NCBI GenBank assembly: GCA_964639785.1
Contig: CAZXEE010000002.1
Coordinates: 143,273 to 207,272 of the forward strand
Origin: an uncultured Gammaproteobacteria bacterium
GTDB lineage: Bacteria > Patescibacteriota > Patescibacteriia > Patescibacteriales > UBA12465
Reading direction: 5' to 3'
DNA length: 64,000 bases
A program made the position numbers and the translations under genes. The notes beneath the pieces were generated by a model that made no database searches, was not told the origin of the DNA, and saw nothing but the letters and a program-made list of their open reading frames with translations. Below, one piece after another: positions 17,297 to 25,294 of the stretch (positions are counted from its first letter, which is position 1; every line of letters starts with the position of its first letter).

Positions 17297-18355
17297 TTAA
17301 TTGAATAATTGGTTTAGGTTCTTGGAAGTAATAGTGATATCATATTTAGCCTCGGCCAGTTCCCGGGCCTTGAGGCGCATGATTTCTCGAAGGTCGTTAT
17401 CCTTTAATATCCTTTCCAATTTATCTTTTAAGTCGTTAACGTCATTCGGTTCAACCCTTAAGCCTTCTTGTTGATCAGTGAAGACACTCCTGACACCGGG
17501 TAGGTTGGAAGCGATAACCGGAGTGCCGCAGGCTAATGATTCGATCAGGACGATGCCGAAAGCTTCATTGGAGTTGATTGAAGGAAGCACTAGGACGGAA
17601 GCGGATTGATAGGCGGCAATCAATTTTTCTGAGCTTAGCTTTCCCGGGAAGATCGTCTTGTCCTTGATGTTCATTTCTTCAACCAGAGCTTCATAGCTTG
17701 GTTTCAGGTCGCCCTCTCCGGCGATTATTAATTGCCAATCAGGATTGTCTAATTTGGCGCAAGCTTTGACCAGGTTATCAACTCCTTTGAAATAATGGGC
17801 TTTGTCTAAGCCGCCGACGAATAATATTTTTTTAGTCTCGTTGCCGTGAGGATGGGCAGGGAAGAATGTCTGGGTGTCGATACCGAAAGGAATTTCTACA
17901 AACTTGCCCTGGTTGCTTTCGTAGAATTTTTTGATCTGGCTGTTCTTAATATAATCCAGACTGGAACAGACTATCTTGTCGGCTCTTTTCAGCAACCAGG
18001 ATCGGGTTAGGAGTGATGGCCAGCTCAATATTTTGGCTAACGGTTTCAGGCCGTTCACATCCATGTGATAGTAGACAACAAGTTTTTTGTTCGGGTTCCA
18101 ACGCTTGAATAGCCAGACTATTTCAGCGGTACCGAAAAAAGGATAGTGCAGGAAGATAGCATCGAAGTCAGCCAGCTTCTTATATAATTTGGGAATAAAA
18201 GCGCCATGGCCCAGTTTGAAGAGTGGCTTGATATTCTGAGGGTGAAAAGTCTGCACTTCATGCTTCTGGTTTAACAATCCTTCGAATTGCTGGGCACTAT
18301 TGCCGATGCCGCCGGCATATGGCGGGTAGACACAGACTATTTGGGCTATTTTCAT
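17297..18355 (-). CDS. Glycosyltransferase family 4
   Basis: 352 aa. YPPYAGGIGN N-terminus and LPSINSNEAFGIVLIESLACGTPVIAS. Confidence 0.75.
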   Translation of the reverse strand: MKIAQIVCVYPPYAGGIGNSAQQFEGLLNQKHEVQTFHPQNIKPLFKLGHGAFIPKLYKKLADFDAIFLHYPFFGTAEIVWLFKRWNPNKKLVVYYHMDVNGLKPLAKILSWPSLLTRSWLLKRADKIVCSSLDYIKNSQIKKFYESNQGKFVEIPFGIDTQTFFPAHPHGNETKKILFVGGLDKAHYFKGVDNLVKACAKLDNPDWQLIIAGEGDLKPSYEALVEEMNIKDKTIFPGKLSSEKLIAAYQSASVLVLPSINSNEAFGIVLIESLACGTPVIASNLPGVRSVFTDQQEGLRVEPNDVNDLKDKLERILKDNDLREIMRLKARELAEAKYDITITSKNLNQLFN

Positions 18356-18358
18356 ATA

Positions 18359-18679
18359 TTATTTCTTTAAAGCTATTTCTCTGGTGATATCAGTGATATT
18401 CTTTTCTAATTTAACGATCTTGAGACGCAGTTTGAAGATGAGATAGAACAGGATCATGACAGCGATGTAGATCAGGAAGTTGATGCCTGAACCGGAGAAT
18501 CCCATAGCGGCGACGATGCTATCAATAGTCTTGATGAAGATAACTGCCAGAGCGGCCAGTGACCAGAAGACGAGCCAGAGGATAGTTTCGTTTTTGGTAA
18601 TCTGATTCTTTTGTTTCTGGCGGATAATCCTAGTTACGAAGAAGACGATGATGAGCAGGGCGAAGATTTGTTGGAACAT
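18359..18679 (-). CDS. Small multi-pass membrane protein, DUF2304-like (typical GT2 neighbour)
   Basis: 106 aa. Three hydrophobic helices plus a C-terminal amphipathic helix. Size and context resemble DUF2304; this call is from memory and was not checked by search. Confidence 0.45.
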   Translation of the reverse strand: MFQQIFALLIIVFFVTRIIRQKQKNQITKNETILWLVFWSLAALAVIFIKTIDSIVAAMGFSGSGINFLIYIAVMILFYLIFKLRLKIVKLEKNITDITREIALKK

Positions 18680-18683
18680 AATA

Positions 18684-19346
18684 TTATCTAGTTAATTTTT
18701 TATATAGCAAGTCTTTGATGATGCGGATGCCGCCGGAAAACTTCTGGCCGAATTCATGGTAGATAACGGTGATCGGGACTTCTTGGATGCGATATTTTCG
18801 GCGGAAGGATTTGATCAGGATCTCATTGCAATGAGCCATGCCGTCATTTTCGATTCTGATTTCTTTGGCTACTTTGGCGTTCATGGCTCTGAAACCGTTC
18901 TGCGGATCGGACAGGTTGATACCGAAGAATATCTTGTTGATAGCTTTGGCTAAAGGCATGATGATATTTTTTTTCAGTCTAGGCAGGTTGGATTTCTTTC
19001 CCAGGAAACGGGAACCGAAGACGATATCGGCTTGGCCGTCGATAATCGGTTTAGTGATGTCCTTGATCTCTTCTGCCAGGAATTGACCGTCAGCATCAAA
19101 ATGGACGATGATGTCGGCATTATGGAGCAGGGCATAGTCATTGCCGGTTTGGAGAGCGGCGCCTTGGCCGCGATTGACGATGTGGTGTAATACTGTGACC
19201 CCGGTGCTCTTAGCCAAGGCCAAAGTCTGGTCGGCCGAATGATCATCGACTACCACTAATTCATCAACCACCGGCTTGACCCGGTTGATGACAGCTACTA
19301 TGTTTTGAGCCTCGTTGTAGGCTGGAATGACACAGAATATTTTCAT
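18684..19346 (-). CDS. Glycosyltransferase family 2 (polyprenol-phosphate sugar transferase-like)
   Basis: MKIFCVIPAYNEAQNI, VVVDDHSAD and FDADGQ (DXD) are GT2 hallmarks. The track start at 19364 is only 4 nt from the -10 box, so the internal Met at 19346 is preferred. Confidence 0.85.
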   Translation of the reverse strand: MKIFCVIPAYNEAQNIVAVINRVKPVVDELVVVDDHSADQTLALAKSTGVTVLHHIVNRGQGAALQTGNDYALLHNADIIVHFDADGQFLAEEIKDITKPIIDGQADIVFGSRFLGKKSNLPRLKKNIIMPLAKAINKIFFGINLSDPQNGFRAMNAKVAKEIRIENDGMAHCNEILIKSFRRKYRIQEVPITVIYHEFGQKFSGGIRIIKDLLYKKLTR

Positions 19347-19368
19347 TTGGTTTTTGTTTAGCATCTTA

Positions 19369-19377
19369 ATTATAGCA
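19369..19377 (-). promoter_or_regulatory. Extended -10 element TGCTATAAT (minus strand) for the GT2-GT4 operon
   Basis: The reverse complement of ATTATAGCA at 19369-19377 is TGCTATAAT. Confidence 0.5.
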
Positions 19378-19442
19378 TTATTTTATATTATTTTAAAACA
19401 TGCTAAACTGGTAATAGAATTATTAAATAATTTTTATTTTTT

Positions 19443-19859
19443 ATGTTTACGATTGGAAAGATTAGACATAATTTGGCTATTTTTAGGAATAATTTTTCAG
19501 TTTCTTGGAGTGAGGCCTTCAGTTGGCCATTTTTTCGAATTTCTAGCTTGGTGGTTCTGGGTTTAAATCTGCTTAATTGGGGTTTTTCCTTCTTGCTTTA
19601 CAGGTCCCTAGGCGATGAATTAACCGTGCTTCATTACAATGTCGATTTTGGTATTGATTTGGTTGGGCACCGAGGAGAGTTATTTATAAATCCGTCTCTG
19701 GGCTTGATATTAATAGTCTTGAACTTGATTTTGTTGTTGTTTTTCGCTCGCCATAAACACTTTAAGTTTATTTCTTATCTTTTGTGGAATGCTGCCGCTT
19801 TAGCTAATTTCTTTTTGCTATTATCGGTACTTGCAGTCTATTTGATTAATTTTAGTTAA
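19443..19859 (+). CDS. Uncharacterised polytopic membrane protein directly upstream of mraY
   Basis: 138 aa. Three to four hydrophobic helices, a 4-nt gap to mraY, and no family recognised. Confidence 0.5.
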   Translation: MFTIGKIRHNLAIFRNNFSVSWSEAFSWPFFRISSLVVLGLNLLNWGFSFLLYRSLGDELTVLHYNVDFGIDLVGHRGELFINPSLGLILIVLNLILLLFFARHKHFKFISYLLWNAAALANFFLLLSVLAVYLINFS

Positions 19860-19863
19860 AAAT

Positions 19864-20913
19864 ATGATGGATTTTTATCTGATAAAAGTAATCTTTTTAT
19901 CTACTTTGGCTTTTGCTTTCACTATCTTCTGGACCCCGCTTCTAACCAATATTCTATATAAATATAAATTAGGCAAGAAGATCAGAAATAGCGGTGCGAC
20001 GCCTATCTTCAGCGAATTGCATGCTCATAAAGCGGGAACTCCGACTATGGGCGGTATTTTGATTTGGGGCACATTGTTGTCTTTTATCGTTTTCTTTTAT
20101 TTTTTAGGCAAGGTATTGCCAATTGATATCCTGAAGAGTTTGAATTTCTTATCCCAGAAAGAAACCCTATTGCCATTGGGAGCCCTTATAGCCTCGGCTA
20201 TTATCGGCTTATTCGATGATTGGTTGGATGTCCGAGGAAGGGGAATGGCTGGCGGCGGCGGTTTGAAGATGCGCCATCGTTTGCTGATCTATACCGCTAT
20301 CGCTATCATCGGCGCTTTGTGGTTCTATTTCAAATTAGATTGGTCTTTGATCCATATTCCATTCTTCGGTAATTTCGAAATCGGTTGGTGGTATATACCG
20401 ATCTTTGTGATGGTTATCGTTGCCACCTCTTTCTCGGTTAATGAAACGGATGGCTTGGATGGCCTGGCCGGAGGAACCTTGTTGGTGTCTTTTGTGTCTT
20501 ATAGCATTATCGCTTTCTCTATGGGTCGTTATGACTTGGCTGCCTTCTGTGGCGTCTTGATCGGTGCTTTGCTGGCTTTCTTATGGTTCAATATCGCTCC
20601 GGCTCGGTTCTATATGGGCGATACCGGTTCGATGAGTTTAGGGATAACTCTGGGCATTATTGCTCTAATGACTAACAATATCTTCATTTTGCCTTTTATC
20701 GGTTTTATCTTTGTCTTGGAATCGGCTTCGGTCATCATCCAGCTTCTGTCAAAGAAATTACGTCACAAAAAAGTTTTTCTGTCCTCTCCCATCCATCATC
20801 ATTATCAGGCTATCGGTTGGCCTGAGACTAAGATCGTCATGCGTTTCTGGCTGATAGCGGGAGTTATGGCGGCTATCGGCTTGATGATCTTCTTGCTTGA
20901 TAAAAATATCTAA
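19864..20913 (+). CDS. mraY: Phospho-N-acetylmuramoyl-pentapeptide transferase
   Basis: 349 aa. NETDGLDGLAGG, DTGSMSLG and PIHHHY motifs. Confidence 0.9.
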   Translation: MMDFYLIKVIFLSTLAFAFTIFWTPLLTNILYKYKLGKKIRNSGATPIFSELHAHKAGTPTMGGILIWGTLLSFIVFFYFLGKVLPIDILKSLNFLSQKETLLPLGALIASAIIGLFDDWLDVRGRGMAGGGGLKMRHRLLIYTAIAIIGALWFYFKLDWSLIHIPFFGNFEIGWWYIPIFVMVIVATSFSVNETDGLDGLAGGTLLVSFVSYSIIAFSMGRYDLAAFCGVLIGALLAFLWFNIAPARFYMGDTGSMSLGITLGIIALMTNNIFILPFIGFIFVLESASVIIQLLSKKLRHKKVFLSSPIHHHYQAIGWPETKIVMRFWLIAGVMAAIGLMIFLLDKNI

Positions 20914-20923
20914 TTAAGGCTCC

Positions 20924-22087
20924 ATGTTTTTCAAGGATTTATTAGCGCTTAAGAAGGGGTATCATGCGCCTGATCGGAAATTGATTGCGGTGACTTTTAT
21001 TTTGATAATCTTTGGATTAGTTATGCTTTTTAGCGCTTCATTAGTGGCTGGTTATCTGCGTTCAGGCAATAGCTTATATTTTATTAATCATCAGTTGGTC
21101 GGGCTCTTGTTGGGCATCCCAGCTTTCATTATCTGCTCCCGGATTGATTATCATCTTTGGCGTAAGTATGCCTTTCATTTTTTATTGATTTCAATCGGCT
21201 TATTACTCCTTGTTTTTGTTCCGGGCTTGTCAGCTAATTATGGCAAGGCTCATAATTGGATTAATATTTTTGGATTTTCTCTGCAGCCTTCAGAGTTAGT
21301 AAAGATTTCTTTCTTATTATATCTAGCGGCCTGGTTAGAGGTTAAACAAAATAAGCTGGAAGATTTTCATCACGGCATGGGACCGTTATTGGCTATTCTG
21401 GCGGTGATCGGTGTTTTGATGCTGATGCAGCCTGATCTTGGCACCTTGTCGATTATCTTTGCCAGTTCGGTTATCGTTTACTTCGTGGCCGGTGGAAAAT
21501 GGCGGCATGTTTTCCTGGTCTTGTTGATAGCGGCTATCGGGTTTATAGCCTTGGTTAATATCAAGTCTAACAAGATGGACCGTATCGAATGTTTCAAGCA
21601 TCCTGAAATCAGTGCGGATGATAAATGTTATCAGACCAACCAAGCTTTGATTGCTATCGGTTCTGGCGGTTTCTGGGGAAGAGGATTGGGGGAAAGCCGG
21701 CAGAAATTTATGTATCTGCCTGAGGTCTGGAGCGATTCGATCTTTGCGGTGGTAGCGGAAGAGATCGGTTTTGTCGGTTCAATATTTCTTTTATTCTTAT
21801 ATTTCTATCTTTTTTACCGCGGCTGGAAGATAGCCAAGATGGCCCCGGACCTCTATGGCCGGATATTAGCTATAGGAACGGTTTCCTGGATAATAATCCA
21901 GACTATCTTGAACGTCGGCGGTATCATGAATTTTATTCCGATGACTGGAGTGCCATTGCCTTTCGTTTCTTCCGGCGGTTCATCGTTGTTATCAGCTTTA
22001 ATCGGTATCGGCATCTTGTTAAATATCAGTCGCCAGACACGGTCAGCGGTTCCTAGAAGCTTGCTTAAATATGAAACCAGGAGATAA
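20924..22087 (+). CDS. ftsW: SEDS-family peptidoglycan polymerase FtsW/RodA
   Basis: 387 aa. QPSELVKI, QKFMYLPEVWSDSIFAVVAEEIGFVG and PLPFVSSGGSS. Confidence 0.85.
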   Translation: MFFKDLLALKKGYHAPDRKLIAVTFILIIFGLVMLFSASLVAGYLRSGNSLYFINHQLVGLLLGIPAFIICSRIDYHLWRKYAFHFLLISIGLLLLVFVPGLSANYGKAHNWINIFGFSLQPSELVKISFLLYLAAWLEVKQNKLEDFHHGMGPLLAILAVIGVLMLMQPDLGTLSIIFASSVIVYFVAGGKWRHVFLVLLIAAIGFIALVNIKSNKMDRIECFKHPEISADDKCYQTNQALIAIGSGGFWGRGLGESRQKFMYLPEVWSDSIFAVVAEEIGFVGSIFLLFLYFYLFYRGWKIAKMAPDLYGRILAIGTVSWIIIQTILNVGGIMNFIPMTGVPLPFVSSGGSSLLSALIGIGILLNISRQTRSAVPRSLLKYETRR

Positions 22088-23144
22088 GAAAAAATTGATC
22101 ATGTTGTCAGGGGGCGGTACCGGAGGATCCGTTACGCCGCTTTTAGCTTTGGCTCAATATCTGGAACAAGCTGAGCTTGATAGATATGATTTTATATTTG
22201 TCGGCACCGCTTTTGGTCCGGAAAAGAATTTAGTTGAATCGGCTCAGATTCCTTTCAAGAAGATTGCTAGCGGCAAATGGCGTCGTTATTTTTCATTAAA
22301 GAATTTGACGGATATCTTCAAGATCGGATTTGCTTTTTTCCAATCGCTTTTTTTACTGAGAAAGTATCGGCCTAGCTTAGTTATTTCAGCCGGAGGCTTC
22401 GTCAGCGTTCCTTTGGCTTATGCCGCTTATTGTTATCGGATTCCGGTGCTTATCCACCAGCAGGATATCCGGGCTGGTTTAGCTAACAAACTGATGGCCA
22501 AAGTGGCTGCCAAAGTGACGGTTACTTTTGAGAAATCTATCGCTGATTATGGTTCCAAGGCTTTGTGGACTGGTAATCCGATCATGGAAGGGAAGGTTGA
22601 GAATCTTAATTTATGGCAGAAATATAATTTAGATCAGGCCAAACCGTTATTATTGGTATCTGGCGGCGGAACCGGGTCGGTCTTTATCAACCAATTGGTT
22701 GAAAACAGCCTGGACCGTCTCTTGCCTTTTTGCCAAGCAGTCCATATCACTGGAGCCGGAAAGGGTAGCTTGAAACTGGAAAAAGACGGCTATTTACAGT
22801 TAGAATTTATCGATCACCAGGAGCTTTTATGGTTGATGGATAAGGCTCAGGTGTTAGTTTCACGTTGCGGTTTAGGAGCTCTGACAGAGATCTCTTATCT
22901 AGGCAAGCCTTCCATTTTGATCCCGATGCCAGATTCCCATCAGGAAGATAATGCGGCCATCTTTGCCGAGCAGAAAGCGGCGATAGTATTATCGGAGAAA
23001 GATCTGACAATCGATGTTTTTGTTTCTCGGGTCAAGGAATTGATGGAAAATAAAAAGCTGCGCGATGATTTGCGCAGCTTAGCGAAGAATGTCATCAAAC
23101 CGGCTAATGCCGATATGAAGAAAGTTATTGACGGTCTGATTTAG
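22071..23144 (+). CDS. murG: Undecaprenyldiphospho-muramoylpentapeptide beta-N-acetylglucosaminyltransferase
   Basis: 357 aa. SGGGTGGSVTPLLALA N-terminus and the C-terminal SRCGLGALTEISYLGKPSILIP. It overlaps the ftsW end by 17 nt. Confidence 0.85.
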   Translation: MKPGDKKKLIMLSGGGTGGSVTPLLALAQYLEQAELDRYDFIFVGTAFGPEKNLVESAQIPFKKIASGKWRRYFSLKNLTDIFKIGFAFFQSLFLLRKYRPSLVISAGGFVSVPLAYAAYCYRIPVLIHQQDIRAGLANKLMAKVAAKVTVTFEKSIADYGSKALWTGNPIMEGKVENLNLWQKYNLDQAKPLLLVSGGGTGSVFINQLVENSLDRLLPFCQAVHITGAGKGSLKLEKDGYLQLEFIDHQELLWLMDKAQVLVSRCGLGALTEISYLGKPSILIPMPDSHQEDNAAIFAEQKAAIVLSEKDLTIDVFVSRVKELMENKKLRDDLRSLAKNVIKPANADMKKVIDGLI

Positions 23145-23347
23145 TTTTTTCCATAAATCTCATCAGCCATCTCTTCCGCCTCTTCCTGAGAAGATCCGGA
23201 TGAGCGCATAAATTGATCTATGAAATCTTCTCTGGGAAGATTTTTTTTGTCTTTCTCATATTCTTCTTGCGAGATTGGCGGTACCGGAATTTTTCCGGTG
23301 TCGTCGCCGTTGTTGTTCGTGTCCATGGTTGCGTTATTTGAATTCAT
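23141..23347 (-). CDS. Small acidic hypothetical protein (last gene of the minus-strand island)
   Basis: 68 aa, Asp/Glu-rich, no family recognised. Its stop codon overlaps the murG stop on the other strand (TTAG, 23141-23144). Confidence 0.45.
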   Translation of the reverse strand: MNSNNATMDTNNNGDDTGKIPVPPISQEEYEKDKKNLPREDFIDQFMRSSGSSQEEAEEMADEIYGKN

Positions 23348-23356
23348 ATTTTTATT

Positions 23357-24961
23357 TTATTTTTTTTCTAATTTTTTCCGGTTGTTCATCAGCTTGGTGA
23401 TTACCGGCAGGATAAATTGGTTTCGGAGCTGGGGCATAGCGGCATAGACGCAGAAATCATTCTTGTCAGCGCTGTTGACGTTGTTGATATAGCTTTTGTA
23501 TTTCAATCCAGTATTTGAAAGATTTTTTACTTCTTGATCGATAGCGGCAATGATTTCTTGGTCTTTTTCTGGAGATCTGTCAGGACTATTTAGGTATGCT
23601 TGATATTTATTTTCTAAGGATTGATAGCGATCAGAAATCTCGATCATGTCCTTCTTCGTTTCAGCGGTAATGAGGTCAACGGCTTTTTCGGTGGATAAGA
23701 TTTTCTTTTCATGTTCATTGTCGGATGGGATTTCAATCCGGTGGCTCTCCATCAGGTGGTTAACCAAGCCATTGCCTTTCTCTGGTAATCCTTTGAATTG
23801 TAACCAGAGTTCTTTCAGCGATTCTTGGGCTTTTTTGGCTTCGGTGGTTGGAGGGTCGATTTGAGCGATTTTTTCAATCATCTGGTCGATAGAGTCTTCG
23901 AATTTCTGATTATCTAGATTGATGACATTAAAGATTCGCTGTAAGGCTTTGGCATTCAAGAATCCTTTGTTTTCCCAGCCTTTTAGGGTATACAAAGCGA
24001 ATTCATTGACGGTATTCTTGAGGTATAACTCTTCGGCGGTCTTTTCGCTGCCGATATTAGCTTTAACTCCATTTATATCGACTACTTCTAAATCTTGCGG
24101 TTCAGCGCCTAGGTTTATGATGCCATTTTTGTTCTTGCCTTGTCGGTTGATTTCGTCGTCCATATTCTGAGCGAAGGCCTCCATTTCCTTCCAGCCCTCT
24201 CCAGCTTTAATGAAGCAATGGATTTTGACGCAGCCATTTTTTTCTTGGCCGAATTTACGCAATTCTTCTACGGATAAATCTTTGACCAATCCTTGTTCTT
24301 GGAGTTTGAGAAGACGGGAATAAGCACCGTCGGTATATTTAGCCACTTTGTTTTTAGTCCGGCCTTCAGGATTTTTTTCTTCAACAATATCCTTGATATC
24401 GATTCCTAGATCTTTAATACCAAAAATGACATCCAGGTCATCTGGAATCTTTTCGGAATGTTCGGTGTGTGGGATATAACAGTTAGAACCGATGAGGGCA
24501 TAAGGGTATTTTCCTTGGTTGAATACCTGGCCGCAGATAATGGCGATAGCTTCTTTCATTTCCGGAGAAATCTTTTCGTTGAAACGTTTCTGGATTTTTT
24601 CGCTGGCTTCAGTCATCCTAGTCATCTTAGCTTCATTGGTTTCAGTTTGATAGTTGGGCAGATGTTCTATGGCCGATTCTTTGGTTTCTTGGTCTATCTT
24701 GTTTTCAGTTTCAGCTGTTAGCTCTTCGATGATGCCTTCTAGATTGACGATGGTATCCTGAGTCATGTTAAAATTAGCATCCTTGGTGGTGGATAATTTT
24801 TTAGCCTTTTCAGCTAGCGATTTGACGACTTCATGCCCGATAATATAGTCGTGGTTTATTTCCGCTTTCTTCTCATCAGCCTTTTCTTGGAGAATTTTTT
24901 GGTCGGCTTCTCTAGCTTCGATGGATTCTTTTTTGTTTTCTAGTTTTTTTTCTTTATCCAT
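23357..24961 (-). CDS. Large Lys/Glu-rich hypothetical protein with a possible minimal nucleotidyltransferase-fold core
   Basis: 534 aa uninterrupted ORF. The central segment YALIGSNCYIPHTEHSEKIPDDLDVIFGI fits hG[GS]-x(n)-[DE]h[DE]h. The rest is predicted helical and unassigned. Confidence 0.6.
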   Translation of the reverse strand: MDKEKKLENKKESIEAREADQKILQEKADEKKAEINHDYIIGHEVVKSLAEKAKKLSTTKDANFNMTQDTIVNLEGIIEELTAETENKIDQETKESAIEHLPNYQTETNEAKMTRMTEASEKIQKRFNEKISPEMKEAIAIICGQVFNQGKYPYALIGSNCYIPHTEHSEKIPDDLDVIFGIKDLGIDIKDIVEEKNPEGRTKNKVAKYTDGAYSRLLKLQEQGLVKDLSVEELRKFGQEKNGCVKIHCFIKAGEGWKEMEAFAQNMDDEINRQGKNKNGIINLGAEPQDLEVVDINGVKANIGSEKTAEELYLKNTVNEFALYTLKGWENKGFLNAKALQRIFNVINLDNQKFEDSIDQMIEKIAQIDPPTTEAKKAQESLKELWLQFKGLPEKGNGLVNHLMESHRIEIPSDNEHEKKILSTEKAVDLITAETKKDMIEISDRYQSLENKYQAYLNSPDRSPEKDQEIIAAIDQEVKNLSNTGLKYKSYINNVNSADKNDFCVYAAMPQLRNQFILPVITKLMNNRKKLEKK

Positions 24962-24968
24962 ATTGATG

Positions 24969-25163
24969 TTATTTATATTCTTGTCGGATTGATTGCCGAA
25001 CTTCGGTTAATTTTTGTTCGTTTATCTTTTTGATAAAGGCTGAAAGGGCGTTTCTTTCCTTACTTCTGATTCTCTCAATTTTTTTAGTATAATCTTGATA
25101 GATAGCGTCGATATTATGAAGGCGTTTTTGGATTTCGGCGGGTTTAAGTTTGGCGGCGCTCAT
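24969..25163 (-). CDS. Small basic helical hypothetical protein (first gene of the minus-strand island)
   Basis: 64 aa, Lys/Arg-rich with a coiled-coil-like heptad character. Lies 7 nt upstream of the 534-aa ORF. Confidence 0.45.
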   Translation of the reverse strand: MSAAKLKPAEIQKRLHNIDAIYQDYTKKIERIRSKERNALSAFIKKINEQKLTEVRQSIRQEYK

Positions 25164-25202
25164 ACGGAATAATATTTTTGAATAGGTTTATTTTACCTAA
25201 AA

Positions 25203-25231
25203 ATAATAACACAAAATTTGAAATAAATCAA
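25203..25231 (-). promoter_or_regulatory. Minus-strand promoter of the three-gene island (TTGATT-17-TATTAT with upstream TGTGT)
   Basis: The reverse complement reads TTGATT(25231-25226)-17 nt-TATTAT(25208-25203), preceded by TGTGT (extended -10). Confidence 0.55.
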
Positions 25232-25278
25232 TAGTATTGATGGCTCTTTTGGTTATTTTTGAGCATTTTACGGCTTTG

Positions 25279-25287
25279 TGCTATAAT
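25279..25287 (+). promoter_or_regulatory. Extended -10 (TGCTATAAT) 7 nt upstream of the murC ATG (leaderless geometry)
   Basis: TTGTGCTATAAT ends at 25287. The ATG is at 25295. Confidence 0.55.
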
Positions 25288-25294
25288 AAATAAT

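Noticed and set aside
22071-22087. The 17-nt ftsW/murG overlap and 8-nt overlaps (6831-6838, 60792-60799) as possible frameshift sites or fused genes
   Set aside because: These are ordinary ATGA/ATGnnTGA-type translational coupling overlaps between complete, separately recognisable proteins.
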